Of a stretch of 64,000 bases of DNA, positions 13,591-28,473 are shown piece after piece. The DNA is taken from contig OZ024743.1 of assembly GCA_964016885.1 (NCBI GenBank), positions 27,590,001 to 27,654,000 on the forward strand, in the 5' to 3' direction. The notes below the pieces were generated by a model, which saw only the letters and a program-made list of their open reading frames with translations, had not been told where the DNA came from and did not search any database. The position numbers were made by a program, and so were the translations under genes. The first letter of the stretch is position 1. Every line of letters begins with the position of its first letter. Source of the stretch: Eledone cirrhosa (lineage: Eukaryota).

Positions 13591-14644
13591 TTTCGAACAT
13601 TCGTTTTCTGTCACTGCCGACTCTGTCATTAGCGGTCTAACAAGAAAACTTGAAGCTGAAAAAATATTTCTGATACTTTGATATTCCTCTGGTAATAGCT
13701 GTCTATATCAGAAAATCTTTTTGAACAGAAAGTGTGTCATTTGCAGAAATGTTGTACCATGTTGATGTAAATGGCAAAATATTCTCAAATGTATTAATTG
13801 ACAAGAAGACTATGATATATCAAGGCAACTTTGGAGAACTACAGCTTAAAAGCATATTATACAAAACTTTGCGCACATGAAGGAACACAAAGCACTTAAG
13901 AAAAAGTGAAACCTCAATTAGTGCATGCAGTGTGGTAGTACAATTGATTATATTTTAGACGGATGGGGCTTAAAACATTTTAGTCTTGGGTATAAACCTG
14001 TCTTAGGGCCCTACCTGTATGGCTGTTTCTGATGCTTGAATTATGAAAGTGGTGATGTTAACGGTCCAACATAAAACCAAATTTTAAATTGTTTGTATAA
14101 GATAGTTTATAATATTTTCTGTTTAACACCAGACCAACTTATTTCACTGTACTTATGATCTATTTTATGGCAACCCATTCTTTTTACATATTGAGAATTA
14201 GATTGTACAATCCTTTTCATTTTCCAAGTTGATAGGGTGTCATTTGAGGTAATTTAGCTGCTATTAGTAGCAGAGCGAGCGATCACATAGAGTTGTTTCA
14301 AAAACGAAAACTGCGAATCAAAAGGTAAGTACAACACTGGATTAAGGGTATAAGCAGGAATGGATTCTCTCTGCGCGTTCGTTGTCAGCGATGCTCGTGT
14401 TTCGTGACCGGTGTCTCCGATTCGAATGCTGGTTTACACACACATACTCACACACACAGACACACACGTAAATATACACATACACACGCAAACACTCACA
14501 CACACACACACACACACACACATTTATATATAATTTTCTATATCTATCTACATATATATCTATCTACATATATATCTATCTACATATATATCTATATACA
14601 TATATATTTATATAATATAAAATATTAAAACTTCCATCATCCTT

Positions 14645-15045
14645 TTGAGAAACGTAGACCAACCAGGTCTATGCAATGACAGACGCTTTACAGTAAGTCG
14701 GAAGGTGAACCATCTCCTAGAGGTTACTATGCTTGAAGGCAATCATCAAAGAAAAAATGCATTTATTCCCAAGATTCCTCTTATACCTTCCTCTACCAAG
14801 CTGCCATTAAAATTCTCAAGACTTCAGTTCCATATTAGAGCTAGTTTTGCTATGTCCATACATAAAGCACAGACTCAGAGTTTCAAAGTTGTAGAATTGA
14901 ATATAAGAGCATCGCTTTTTACGCATGGGCAGTTATATGTAGGTTGTTCACGAGTGGGGACACCTAGACATCTTGATATACTATGCAAGAACGGCAAAAT
15001 GAAGGATCTGGTGTATCTGGAAGATATTTTTCTGTTTTTGTTTTG

Positions 15046-15119
<74 letters not shown>

Positions 15120-15126
15120 AAACACA

Positions 15127-15203
<77 letters not shown>

Positions 15204-15316
15204 ACCACGATCTCACCTCATACCGTCAACCAGACAACACATCCAATACAGGTGTTTTCTTTTTTACCTCTCTTCTCTTATCTGTTTACCCGGGCGAAGC
15301 TGGGTACGTCAGTTAT
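14645..15316 (+). mobile_element. Helitron 3' fragment (Pif1-like helicase C-terminus + 3' hairpin)
   Basis: LRNVDQPGLCN...FIPKIPLIPS...FSRLQFHIRASFAMSIHKAQTQSF...FTHGQLYVGCSRV = Helitron helicase motifs V/VI. Hairpin ACCCGG-gcgaag-CTGGGT (15288-15305), then degenerate CTAG (TTAT). Interrupted by (CA)n. Confidence 0.85.
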
Positions 15317-15982
15317 TCTTAAAATATATACACACGTTTTTATTATTCTATCATTAGCTATCATAATATATTATACGCATATCTATATGGAATATATATT
15401 GGATGCGTGAATAACTTTTGAAGCATATATAGATCGTACTTAATGAGGCTTCATATATTCAGCAAATGGTTTTAGGCCACAATTTAATCTAATAGAAAAA
15501 ATATTGTAGTATTTTATTAAATGTCAAATTACAATACTTTTCTGAGAACTCACACTTGCCCACTGAGCAAATTATATTATCTAAATTGTGTCTGTGTAAA
15601 GAAATATTTCTAAACTCTTCATTGTCATTTATGGAATGTCAGAATCAACGTACATGAGTGATAATTGAATAATCGATATTTTATTATTGAGATAATGATT
15701 TGTTTTAATTGAAGTAATATGCCGTCAGCAGGCAGATGACGGTTTCATTTTTTTAATTAATACAGGTTTTTGAATATGCAAAACCTATTAACTGAAAACT
15801 CGTTACTGTTCCGCAAATGAAGTATTTAATCATTGCCGAAAAACCAAGCATGATAAAAGCTTGGTGTGTAAAACGGGAAAAATGTGTCTATGCAAAAAGC
15901 ATGAAAACGATAAATTTCTGCTTGTAGGTTTACGGAAATTATGTTTATAAAACATTATCATGTTTCATTATGAGTTTACGTT

Positions 15983-16170
15983 CGGTGGATTGGCAGTATC
16001 GGTAGAGGGTCGGACGTCGTGCTTTGCAGCACAGTTATGTCCTTTTACGGACTGAGTTCAAATCCCGCCAAGGTTATCTTTGCCTTTCATCCTTACGGTG
16101 TCGATAAAATAAAGTACCAGTAATACACTGGAATAATTGCTGGCCTTGTGCCAAAAGTAGAAACAATTAT
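15983..16170 (+). mobile_element. SINE family 1
   Basis: Full head, core and tail. Confidence 0.85.
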
Positions 16171-17595
16171 TATTTAATGAAATGTTATTTAATGGAGACA
16201 TTTTAACATTCTTTAGAATCTGATTACTTAGGTTGTAACGTGTTTTATCTTATAAATGATAGATTCTCCAATCAATGCTGATATTGGTTTTACACGTTCA
16301 TGAAAGTATTTTGATTGATCTAAAGATTTAACATGAATATCAGAATATTAGTACTACAATTATTATTGTTTTTACTGAGAGTGAATTATGTTAATTCCAT
16401 TTACACAATTTTCCTACTACCACCAACTCAATATGTGAGCGTCGCAACGGCTTTCAGAAACAATTTTACCGTATCGAGTCAATGAACAACCCTCTACTCG
16501 GTGACTCAACATACTAATGTAATTCTTCATATTGCGACACCTACAGATTCCACAATGCTTGAAAATAAATTCTTTATTTAAAAAAAAAGACTTGGATGGG
16601 ATAATACCACATTCTTGCTTCGCAAGAATATGTTGTAGCGTACGTAGCTCCCTATGGAGGAATAGGGGTGACATCATGACACATGGCGTGTCTTGAGAAA
16701 TAAACCTGTCGGAGGTGTCCCTTTCAGGTCACAACACAGCCTATGTCTTCCAGAGAATATATAAGGAAAGCTAATAATAGTAGTTTTAATAATATAAGCC
16801 AATACATAAAATAATGCTACTGGAGTGGTATTTTATCCGTCAACATCGAAAGTATGAAAGGCAAAACTGACCTCAAAGGGATTTAAGTGCAGGACCATGT
16901 GAGCCGGAAAAATACCGAAGTATTTTAAATCCGAGTTACTCAGAATTTATGAAAGAAAAATTTGGAATTACCACTAATATACTGGAATCCATCTAGTCAA
17001 CATATTTGTCGTTTTGCACGAAAACATGGTTTCTTATTACTAATTTCTTTTAGCTAGGTACACATACAGTTTTGTAGAGGTGAGTGGCAATGTTGATAAT
17101 TTATTCTTATTATAGATTGCAATACAGATCATTTCCTGTCAAGTAATATTATTAATTTTAGAAGAAATGAAAACTGTGAATTCGGTGTTAGTTATGTAGT
17201 ATATATGGATGAAGTTTAACACATTATACTAGATAAATCCTGGAGATATTTTTAAATTCTTTGATGGGAGACATTTTACAGAATTTTTGTAAAACACAAT
17301 GATATACACGAATGTTACAAAATCCCATTTCTTTACAGTTATAGATTTGGTGTATTCTCACATGCCAAATGTATGCTAATAAATATTTTCTATGAGCGAA
17401 CTTGATATTGGTTTCTCAATTAAGTGACAGAATATACTGCTATTGTCTTTGTGACGGACTTGCTTTCTTTAATTTCATTAGCAATAAAATTTTCGAAAAA
17501 ATCGGTTTCAATTAAAATCAAAACCACGTGAAAAAACCATTTCCCTCCAGTTAAAAAGTGATTTTTCCTTTTTGTGAATGATATTTGTATTATCA

Positions 17596-17765
<170 letters not shown>

Positions 17766-19267
17766 TGAGATACCATAACCATACATGTTTTTCGGTGTAT
17801 ATACATATGTACATTAGTTATTAATGTATATATGTATGTAAACGAAAACATATATACAATAGCTGATTTTGTTTGAATTCCAATGAAAGAAACTTGCTTT
17901 TTGATTAGAAACCGATTTTTCTCTTAAGAAATTTGAAAAAAATAAAAGTAAACTGAGCGGCGTCATTTCAAGGCTTGTTGTTGCAGCTGTTCAATCAATA
18001 AAACGTCACACTCGTTAAATTAACACGTATGCTGCTGGAATATTCCACAGATGTGTATAACTTTCTGCTAATTCTCAGACAGAATCAGCGTGATATAATT
18101 CGTGGCTAGGATAGCGTTTTGAATTTCAGATACAGTTTATCTGACGATATTCCAAAACAATCCTCATCATCCCAAATTTACTCAGATCACCTTTGTCAAA
18201 CTAAGGCTATGTTAAATGACTCTTTTGTGTGACTCCCTGACGTGGAATCGAACCCAGAATCATGTGTTTACGGACGGATCTTCGTGAAATAAAGTCGGAA
18301 CAAACATACTTCCATGTATGTATACATATAAGCACAACATACCTACATTAACACATGCATCAGATACTTACATAAATACGTATGCGCAACTGCTTATTCT
18401 TTTATAAAAGGAACACACCACAGACAACTGTAATGCTAAATCAATTTCTAATCACTAAATCTATACATAAACATATTCATATATACATACGTACTTACGT
18501 ACATACATACTTACACCCATGCATACATACCTATTTATGTCCATACATACGAACATACATCTATACATACATATGTATATACTAACAAACATACATCCAC
18601 AGATATATCTCTGTCTAATCTTTAGCCTCTTGCTGCAATTAAAACACATCGTGAATTCAATTTCCATGTAACATGTGATTTTAGCAATTCAGATACAATC
18701 TTATTGAATTCAATAAATATATTAACCCATGTTATAAGCCTTTTATTACACTTTGTTTCATCAACGTTATCGTATATCTTTTCTTTTCCATTTCATAAAC
18801 TTTTTGACAATTTTAAGCAGGCTGTTTAAGTAAATTTAGCACATTTTCTGATACCGATTTATAAGCGAAAACAAATGACTTAACAAAAAAATATTGGTTT
18901 TAGTTTTCAGCTTCTACTCTGAAATTGTGTGTCTTCATAACACCTTTAGCATGAATCAAAACATTAATGATTTTTATATCTCACTCTTGATTCTGGCAAA
19001 ATTTCCTCTCTTAATTTCCATAATGCAGCTTTTTATCCTTCTCTTCACTTTTCCGTGTCACTTGTTTTAGATAGCACTTAAATATAACTTTCAATCCTAT
19101 TTATTTGCATATTTATTTCGTCGGATTGAGAATATGCATTGACATGTTTGATACATACATTCATATATAAGCACTCACATGTGTATATGTAGGTATGCAT
19201 GTATATATGTAGGTATGTATGTATGTATGTACGTATATATGTATGTATATATATATATATGTATGTA

Positions 19268-19310
<43 letters not shown>

Positions 19311-19313
19311 GTA

Positions 19314-19375
<62 letters not shown>

Positions 19376-19386
19376 TGTATGTATGC

Positions 19387-19418
<32 letters not shown>

Positions 19419-19421
19419 GTA

Positions 19422-19589
<168 letters not shown>

Positions 19590-19595
19590 TACGTA

Positions 19596-20745
19596 TATCT
19601 GCTGGGTCATTCCTATGTTTAGATATTATTCTAATTTCTATGTTGTCTATGTTACCGTCATGATGTTGTCTAGCATGTTCGTATAGTACTGACCCGTTTT
19701 TTTGTCCTTTTAGTTCCCCCCAGTGTTGGTCTATCCTTTCACCTATGCTACGAGCTGTCTCACCTATGTATGTTGTTGTCGTGTTTCTGCAAGTACCCTC
19801 TGTACATCTTATGCTATAGACTACGTTTCTAGTTTTACAGTTTATCCGGGGGTTCACCTTACATATGATACATTTCCTATTGGTACAGTGGGTTTTCTTA
19901 AAAGGGTAGGTTTTGCTGATCAGGGATTTTATGGTGGTTCCTGGCTTTTCTACCACCTTTATTTTTAAGTGGGTCTTTCTCAGGGCCTTTCTACACTGGT
20001 TAGCTAATTTCCCTCCAGGGGTGGCGTCCACAAACATGACACTCTGATATCTCTGGTTGTCGTACCATGATGTGGCCTTCCCTATCTTATGTCTAGCCCT
20101 ATCTAAGCTATTCCATGATTTGCTCCTGTATAGTGGGCAAATTCCTTTCATGTCCAGTTCTATGAGGGTCTTATACTTTTCCATGGCTCCTTCGTATACT
20201 CTGACTCTGTCTCTTTGGTTGTAGCCAGAGAACTGCATGCGGTTGATGAAGTGTTGGATGTGTCCTTCCATTTCTGTTGGGTCGCACATGCTGGACACAT
20301 TCTTCATCACTCGTACCAAATCTGCGATCAGAATATTAAACTTAGCACTACTGGACATTGCTGAGTTTTTGAGTATCAGGTATTTGGAGGCCATGGGTTT
20401 AGCATAGTGTGGGTGGAGAATTTGGGCTCTCTCGTCTATAGTGTTAATCCAGAGTTCTGTGTCTAATACAGGTAGTCTATTGTTAGGGTGTTTGGAAGGG
20501 AAGTCTATAGTTACAGTTATACTCTGGTGTATGGAATTAGCTATCTGCTGGATGCTTTCCATCGTGCTACGTTCTAAATCAAACTTTTTAGTGCTCTCTA
20601 GTGGGGGTGTTCTTATAACTATATTGATATCGTCTACATAACGAGAGTACATGATGAGGTCTATGGAGCTTTCATTAAGGAGATCTTTAAGTCTCCTTTC
20701 CCACCATACCATGAAAAGGTTGGCAACATCGCCAGCTATGCTGAC
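19596..20745 (-). pseudogene. Inverted partial copy of PLE RT-thumb/GIY-YIG coding region
   Basis: ORF 19078..20712(-) matches the PLE protein from MVWWERR to RNDPAD, then runs into TA microsatellite. Confidence 0.93.
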
Positions 20746-23700
20746 ACTTTAATCAGTGAACAAGAACAACAAATCCTAAAGTTACCACCAAAATTTGCCA
20801 TCTACAAAGAGATTAACCCTATGGAATGCAAAACGGAGCTGGAAAAGTGTTTCACAAAAATACGTTGGAATGCAAAGGTAAACAACAACAACAATAATAA
20901 CGGTAGTAGTAATATAAACAATAACTCTGGGTATAGAAATAACAGCCATAACCATAACAATGGCAGGAAAGTGAGAAATAGTGATAATGGTAATAATACT
21001 AGCGATAGACAGAACAACAACAACCACAATAATAATAATAATAGAAACGTTAACCACAGACACAGCAACAGTGACCACAGTAGTAATAACGGTAACAATA
21101 CGAACAACAACAACAACAATAACCACAGTGGTAATAATGGAAATAGTACATGTAGCAACATCAACAAAAACAAGAAACATAATAATAGTAACAACCACAA
21201 TGGTAGAAATAGCAGTAACAACAACAACAATAACGGTGAAGTAAACAACAATACATCTAGCAATCATAACAATAATAATATTAATGCTAATGATAGAAAC
21301 AACAACAACCACCATGATAATAATAATAGCAACACACACAACTATGACGATAGAAATAACGACAACCGCTTAGAGAAACTATTTTTCAACCCAGCTGACA
21401 AAACATATAAGATGGGTAATATCTATCCTACGAGGTTACCCTTTAATAAAAGAGTTTGCATACCACAACAAATAGATGACGAGACGGAGGCACAGTTCAC
21501 CATAGCTAGAAATAAGATTAGACAAGTAGTAGACAGGTACACTATGAGACAGAGCAGACCAGAGGCCCAACAACTTGGGATAAAACCTGTAGAAGGCTTG
21601 GTTAGCCTCAAGCAGCGCACAAGGGATGGTGAGGTAGTGTGTCTACCCACAGATAAGTCTGGTAGGATGTCAATAGATAGCATGCCGAACTACATCGAGG
21701 CAATGCAACCCCACATCACCAACACGAGCGAAGTTGCACAACTAACACACGATGGGAGAGAAAAAATCCTCAACGCTCACATGATGATGTGGACTGACAT
21801 CCTAAAGCCAAGCAGACGCACTGCCAACAACTTCCAGGCGTCTAACAATGGCATACCACCCTTGTATGGGCTCCGCAAAGACCACAAGACAGTCGACGAC
21901 CCGACAACAGGACCACCAACAAGACCTGTATGCGGAGCTAATATAGCTAGCAACTACAGGATCTCCTACTTCCTCTCAATGGTTATACGCCCCATAATCA
22001 AGATGTCCCCAGATGTATGTGAAAGTACAGAGGACCTCCTCAGCAGAATCAGTGAGTGCAACAAAAACAGGAGCCTATCCAACTGCATAATAGGCAGCAT
22101 GGATGTGGTGTCACTGTACCCATCCATTAACATTGATTTTGCTGTGAAAAGATGTGTGGAGATGATCATTGAGAGTGAGGTGGAGTTCTGCGACGTCGAC
22201 ACAGACGAACTGGGCCTCCTACTTAGACTTACCTACGACACTGACTACCTAGACAGCCATGACCTTAGATGTTTCTGCCCTAGTAGACCTATAAGAGGTA
22301 GACCCCCCACCATAACCTCAATGGCTAAAAAGACTCCCATAGGAAGGTGGATTGGGTGGACCAAAGCTATACGGACCCCCCAAAACACTGATCAGGTAAG
22401 AAAAATGGTCGCACATGCAATAGGGGCTAGTATCAAAACTACCCTAAAGGGCCACATATTTAAGTTCAATGAGAAAATCTACACCCAAAATGAGGGAGCA
22501 GCCATCGGCGTCAGCATAGCTGGCGATGTTGCCAACCTTTTCATGGTATGGTGGGAAAGGAGACTTAAAGATCTCCTTAATGAAAGCTCCATAGACCTCA
22601 TCATGTACTCTCGTTATGTAGACGATATCAATATAGTTATAAGAACACCCCCACTAGAGAGCACTAACAAGTTTGATTTAGAACGTAGCACGATGGAAAG
22701 CATCCAGCAGATAGCTAATTCCATACACCAGAGTATAACTGTAACTATAGACTTCCCTTCCAAACACCCTAACAATAGACTACCTGTATTAGACACAGAA
22801 CTCTGGATTAACACTATAGACGAGAGAGCCCAAATTCTCCACTCACACTATGCTAAACCCATGGCCTCCAAATACCTGATACTCAAAAACTCAGCAATGT
22901 CCAGTAGTGCTAAGTTTAATATTCTGATCGCAGATTTGGTACGAGTGATGAAGAATGTGTCCAGCATGTGCGACCCAACAGAAATGGAAGGACACATCCA
23001 ACACTTCATCAACCGCATGCAGTTCTCTGGCTACAACCAAAGAGACAGAGTCAGAGTATACGAAGGAGCCATGGAAAAGTATAAGACCCTCATAGAACTG
23101 GACATGAAAGGAATTTGCCCACTATACAGGAGCAAATCATGGAATAGCTTAGATAGGGCTAGACATAAGATAGGGAAGGCCACATCATGGTACGACAACC
23201 AGAGATATCAGAGTGTCATGTTTGTGGACGCCACCCCTGGAGGGAAATTAGCTAACCAGTGTAGAAAGGCCCTGAGAAAGACCCACTTAAAAATAAAGGT
23301 GGTAGAAAAGCCAGGAACCACCATAAAATCCCTGATCAGCAAAACCTACCCTTTTAAGAAAACCCACTGTACCAATAGGAAATGTATCATATGTAAGGTG
23401 AACCCCCGGATAAACTGTAAAACTAGAAACGTAGTCTATAGCATAAGATGTACAGAGGGTACTTGCAGAAACACGACAACAACATACATAGGTGAGACAG
23501 CTCGTAGCATAGGTGAAAGGATAGACCAACACTGGGGGGAACTAAAAGGACGAAAAAACGGGTCAGTACTATACGAACATGCTAGACAACATCATGACGG
23601 TAACATAGACAACATAGAAATTAGAATAATATCTAAACATAGGAATGACCCAGCAGATAGGCAAATCAGAGAGGCCAGTGAAATAGAAATTAGAAGACCA

Positions 23701-23772
23701 AAGCTAAACAGAAAGAATGAGTGGAACAACAACAACACCCAAACAAACAACACTGACCTAAGAGAAGTATAA
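20746..23772 (+). CDS. Penelope-like element ORF: RT + C-terminal GIY-YIG endonuclease (Neptune-like Cys-rich linker), 5'-truncated at the inversion junction
   Basis: 983-aa ORF 20821-23772, open in frame back to 20746 ([20 protein letters not shown]...). RT motifs [30 protein letters not shown]...[18 protein letters not shown]. Linker CTNRKCIIC. Endonuclease NVVYSIRC...[16 protein letters not shown]...EHARQHH...REASEI...PKLN. Confidence 0.95.
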   Translation, partial: TLISEQEQQILKLPPKFAIYKEINPMECKTELEKCFTKIRWNAKVNNNNNNNGSSNINNNSGYRNNSHNHNNGRKVRNSDNGNNTSDRQNNNNHNNNNNRNVNHRHSNSDHSSNNGNNTNNNNNNNHSGNNGNSTCSNINKNKKHNNSNNHNGRNSSNNNNNNGEVNNNTSSNHNNNNINANDRNNNNHHDNNNSNTHNYDDRNNDNRLEKLFFNPADKTYKMGNIYPTRLPFNKRVCIPQQIDDETEAQFTIARNKIRQVVDRYTMRQSRPEAQQLGIKPVEGLVSLKQRTRDGEVVCLPTDKSGRMSIDSMPNYIEAMQPHITNTSEVAQLTHDGREKILNAHMMMWTDILKPSRRTANNFQASNNGIPPLYGLRKDHKTVDDPTTGPPTRPVCGANIASNYRISYFLSMVIRPIIKMSPDVCESTEDLLSRISECNKNRSLSNCIIGSMDVVSLYPSINIDFAVKRCVEMIIESEVEFCDVDTDELGLLLRLTYDTDYLDSHDLRCFCPSRPIRGRPPTITSMAKKTPIGRWIGWTKAIRTPQNTDQVRKMVAHAIGASIKTTLKGHIFKFNEKIYTQNEGAAIGVSIAGDVANLFMVWWERRLKDLLNESSIDLIMYSRYVDDINIVIRTPPLESTNKFDLERSTMESIQQIANSIHQSITVTIDFPSKHPNNRLPVLDTELWINTIDERAQILHSHYAKPMASKYLILKNSAMSSSAKFNILIADLVRVMKNVSSMCDPTEMEGHIQHFINRMQFSGYNQRDRVRVYEGAMEKYKTLIELDMKGICPLYRSKSWNSLDRARHKIGKATSWYDNQRYQSVMFVDATPGGKLANQCRKALRKTHLKIKVVEKPGTTIKSLISKTYPFKKTHCTNRKCIICKVNPRINCKTRNVVYSIRCTEGTCRNTTTTYIGETARSIGERIDQHWGELKGRKNGSVLYEHARQHHDGNIDNIEIRIISKHRNDPADRQIREASEIEIRRPKLNRKNEWNNNNTQTNNTDLREV

Positions 23773-24044
23773 ATAAATAAGTAAATTAAATTAAATAAAA
23801 TAAGATAAATAAATACATACACAAGCACATAAACACACACTAGTCACCCAGCAGACACAACACTATACACACTAGTCACACATCACACATAACACTATAC
23901 ACACACGCAAACGCATGCGCAAAGAAGACAAAATAAAATAAGATAAACAAACAAGCAAATAAATAAATAAATATATAGACAGACTGGACAAAAAAAATGG
24001 CGTAGACATACAACACAACAGGAGGAACAATGAATATAACACCA

Positions 24045-24073
24045 CTGACGATGTTGCAGATGTGCAACGAAAG
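24045..24073 (+). ncRNA. HHR-like core in PLE 3' UTR (also 2348-2376); stem I not identifiable
   Basis: CUGACGA u GUUGCA gaug UGCAAC GAAAG, identical in both diverged PLE copies. Confidence 0.5.
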
Positions 24074-24447
24074 ATTTATGTAAACTATATATATATGTGT
24101 TTGTCTATATTGTATCTGTATTATTTTTGACCGCCGGTCAGTCAATGGCAACATTGAGGACCGAGTAAGTTAGATCGCAGATAGATATATATAAAAGACA
24201 GCGAGAAGCGAAAACCAACCAAACAGTGAGTGTGTTCTGTTATTAATTCTGGCAATATTACGCAAATATGACCCTCCCCAAATATAACAATATATATATA
24301 TATATTTATATATATATATATATATATATATTTCTCTACGGTTCTTATATATCTGATATATATTTATCCTTATCGAGCCCTCTTTGGATTTTAGTCTTCA
24401 AATTTATTATTATTACTATATATAAATATATATATATATGTATATAT

Positions 24448-25486
24448 GCATGTATCTGTGTGTTTCTAAATATATTAATAACTCCCTCTGGTCGAGCAAT
24501 CTTTGAAGTGTGGGGACAACTGGAAAGCTTCCATTACTCGTACTTCTCGCCTTCTTCACTACCTCTTCTACGGCCTCGATATGAATACCCCCTCCGCCTC
24601 CGTGGTATTTTCTTCGTGGTTATAAGAGGCTTAGCTCTGTTTCTCGACCGTTATATCGCGTGACTATCTCCCCCTCCGCCTTTTGGGATTCTTTCTCACG
24701 TCGTGTAGACGCGTTCTTGAGACTAGTAAAATGAGGTATCCTCTTGATAAGTTGGCAGACCTCGCAAGGACTCTATATCTTTGATATATTGTTTTTGTTT
24801 ATGCCACGAAACTACGTAGTCGAGGAATTTAGGAGCAGTTTAGGTATGATACATTTTATTACCAATTATATCTAAATGTTTCTTCTCTCTTCATAATGTA
24901 TTTTTAACTCTGATACTGGTTCAGTCTGGTTCAAACTGAATTGGTCTGTCCCAGTCATTCATTGAGCAACATCGGTGAAGTTGGCACCCTTAACTCGCAG
25001 TTGGGTGCGGATGCATTCATGTATATATGTGTGTGTCCGCATGTATCTGTGTGTTTCTAAATATATTAATAACTCCCTCTGGTCGAGCAATCTTTGAAGT
25101 GTGGGGACAACTGGAAAGCTTCCATTACTCGTACTTCTCGCCTTCTTCACTACCTCTTCTACGGCCTCGATATGAATACCCCCTCCGCCTCCGTGGTATT
25201 TTCTTCGTGGTTATAAGAGGCTTAGCTCTGTTTCTCGACCGTTATATCGCGTGACTATCTCCCCCTCCGCCTTTTGGGATTCTTTCTCACGTCGTGTAGA
25301 CGCGTTCTTGAGACTAGTAAAATGAGGTATCCTCTTGATAAGTTGGCAGACCTCGCAAGGACTCTATATCTTTGATATATTGTTTTTGTTTATGCCACGA
25401 AACTACGTAGTCGAGGAATTTAGGAGCAGTTTAGGTATGATACATTTTATTACCAATTATATCTAAATGTTTCTTCTCTCTTCATA

Positions 25487-25487
<1 letters not shown>
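24448..25487 (+). repeat. 591-bp-period direct repeat (~1.75 units) of the family C HHR element
   Basis: 24448-24897 is repeated at 25039-25488. TA-flanked. Confidence 0.9.
24739..24826 (+). ncRNA. Hammerhead ribozyme with U3-A8 core (family C; second copy 25330-25417)
   Basis: UCCUC UUGAUAA GUuGGC...GCCAC GAAA CUACGUAG UC|GAGGA. Palindromic ACUACGUAGU stem III, GUC site. Confidence 0.78.
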
Positions 25488-25570
<83 letters not shown>

Positions 25571-25950
25571 AAATATGTCGATTTCATGCAAAGTGATAGT
25601 TATACATATGTTGAACAATGATAACTTCGAATATATATTAATATATGCAAATATATAATATGTATATAACATGCATGAATAATGCTGGGATTTGGGGATT
25701 TTATAGAAGTACTCCAGGTTTAACACCAAGAAATATGTTTTTAATGGAGCATTAGAAAGAGACAGCAACAATACCATCACCAGCGATTACCATAATTTTA
25801 TAAAAAAATTTTAGGAAGTACAGAAACCTGTGCTTATAAAATGACGTGAAACAGATAAAAATAATTTCTTTTAGATATTTGGAAGATTTGCAATGGTGTC
25901 TTTCTGAATGTTAGACACATATAGCATACATATTCATTCATTCAGCCCCT

Positions 25951-26405
<455 letters not shown>

Positions 26406-26853
26406 CTCTGTCCTCTTCTGTCATTTTCTCACTTACTTTCTATGATTGTTGTGCCTCTCTATATAGGGCGTACATACAAACAAACAATTCCTTTCTCTAA
26501 CTTTTCCCTCTGTGCATAGTTTCCCTTCTTGGTTAAGATGTTGGACTTTCTTTCTATATCATCTTCTCCGTTGCAACACATTGGTTGTAAATAGTCGTAA
26601 ACCCAGTCGTCCTGTCTTGTGTCTATTTTTTATCATCCCATATGCCCAGAGCTAGTGGTATCGACATAAAAAAACGAAACCACGATGACCCCCAGTAGTC
26701 GCTGATGAGGAGGGTCTGTTTTGTGTTTAGTCCATTTTCTTTTGTCCGCTGTTTATGTTTCATTTGTATGATTTTAGCCATGTAGGTCACATTATTAAAT
26801 CTCTCTCTCTCTCTCTATCACCCCCCCCCACACACACACACACTCTCTCTCTC

Positions 26854-26914
<61 letters not shown>

Positions 26915-26915
26915 G

Positions 26916-28137
26916 CATATACCCACATATATCCCTGAATTTGAATTTGTGTGGTGCCAACCTTAACCGTTGTTGCTCTATGAATAATAGGGACAAAATA
27001 ATCTGAATGGATTAGATTGATTCAATATCAGAGCTATATAATACATTATAAATAAAGAAGAAACATTAGACATAAAATTAAAAAAATATAATATACCTAA
27101 ATTCCTTCATTATCCTCGACTACGTAGTTTCGTGGCTACTTTGCAAAAACATTACATCATAGAGATGCAGTATTTTTGTGAGGTTTGTCGACTTATCAAG
27201 AGAATACCTCAATTAGAGTTTCAAAACACGTCCGTAGGAGGCGAGATAGAATCCCGAAAGGCGGAGGGGGAACTTATCACGTGATACAGCGGTCAAAAAA
27301 CAGAGTTAAGCCTCTTACAACCAAGAGAAAAATACCACAAAAGGCGGAGGGGGTATTTATGTCAAGGCCATAGACGAGTTGGCTAGGAGGACGAGAAGTG
27401 TGGGTAGTGTAAGCTTTATAGCAGTCACTACACTTCAGTGGTTACTCTACCGTAGGGAGTTATAAACAATACAAAGAAATACACAGACACATGCGAATAC
27501 ATACATATACATGCCTATACCCACATATATACCTAAATTTGTGTGGTGCCAACCTTAACCGTTGTTGCTCTATGAATAACAGGGACAAAATAATATGAAT
27601 GGATTAGATTGATTCAATATCAGAGCTATATAATACATTATAAAGAAAGAAGAAACATTAGACATAACATAAAAAAATATAATGTGTCTGTGTATTTCTT
27701 TGTATTGTTTATAACTCGCTACGGTAGAGTAACCACTGAAGTGTAGTGACTGCTATAAAGCTTACACTAACCTCCCTTCTCGCCCTCCTAGCCAACTCGT
27801 CTATGGCCTTGACATAAATACCCCCTCCGCTTTTGTGGTATTTCTCTCTTGGTTGTAAGAGGCTTAACTCTGTTTCTTGACTGCTGTATCACGTGATAAG
27901 TTCCCCCTCCGCCTTTCGGGATTCTATCTCGCGTCCTACGGACGTGTTTGTTTTGAAACTCTTATTGTATTCTCTTGATAAGTTGGCAAACCTCAGAAAA
28001 ATACTGCATCTCTATGATGTAATATTTTAGCCACGAAAAAGTAGCCACGAAACTACGTAGTCGAGGATAATAAAGGAATTTAGGTATATTATATTTTATT
28101 TTATTTTATGTCTAATGTTTCTTCTTTCTTTATAATG

Positions 28138-28140
<3 letters not shown>
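26916..28140. mobile_element. Subfamily C' element: >1-monomer minus arm (26916-27683) joined head-to-head to a plus arm (27684-28140)
   Basis: 26925-27090 is repeated at ~27520-27683. 27684-28140 is the reverse complement of ~27045-27490. TA tracts at both ends. Confidence 0.85.
27968..28069 (+). ncRNA. Hammerhead ribozyme with U3-A8 core (subfamily C'; inverted copy 27111-27206 minus)
   Basis: UAUUCUC UUGAUAA GUuGGC...GCCAC GAAA CUACGUAG UC|GAGGAUA, then AAUAAA. Core and stems conserved versus family C while loop II has diverged. Confidence 0.78.
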
Positions 28141-28203
<63 letters not shown>

Positions 28204-28249
28204 CGTAAAATAAGAAAATTATAAAATTAACTTACTTACTAAAATTTCA

Positions 28250-28328
28250 CTCCAACTAATTAGTTTCTGAAAGGGAATAAACATAGTTTCCGAAGAAACG
28301 TACGGAGAAGCCTTTCGTCATCAGGGAA
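28250..28328 (-). ncRNA. Type I hammerhead ribozyme (family D)
   Basis: UUCC CUGAUGA c GAAAGG...CCUUUC a GAAA CUAAUUAG UU|GGAG. Palindromic ACUAAUUAGU stem III, GUU site, short stem I. Confidence 0.6.
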
Positions 28329-28421
28329 GTCTATTCTCAGATAAGTTTCCAGGCAATACGTGGACACAGGGAACTTATACAAAAATAGTGTGTGTGTGTG
28401 TGCGTGTGTGTGTGTGTGTGT

Positions 28422-28473
<52 letters not shown>

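Larger units (their letters stand above)
19596..24291 (+). mobile_element. Penelope-like retroelement insertion with inverted 5' arm, flanked by (TA)n on both sides
   Basis: 19596-20745 is the reverse complement of 22510-23659 (1150 bp; three amino-acid differences visible between the ORF-track translations). 3' UTR 23773-24291 ends ATGACCCTCCCCAAATATAACAA, then TA repeats. Confidence 0.93.

Noticed and set aside
20782-21339. Hydrophobic antisense and alternative-frame ORFs (VVVII, LLLL, TTTT)
   Set aside because: Shadow frames of the (AAC/AAT)n tract in the PLE ORF.
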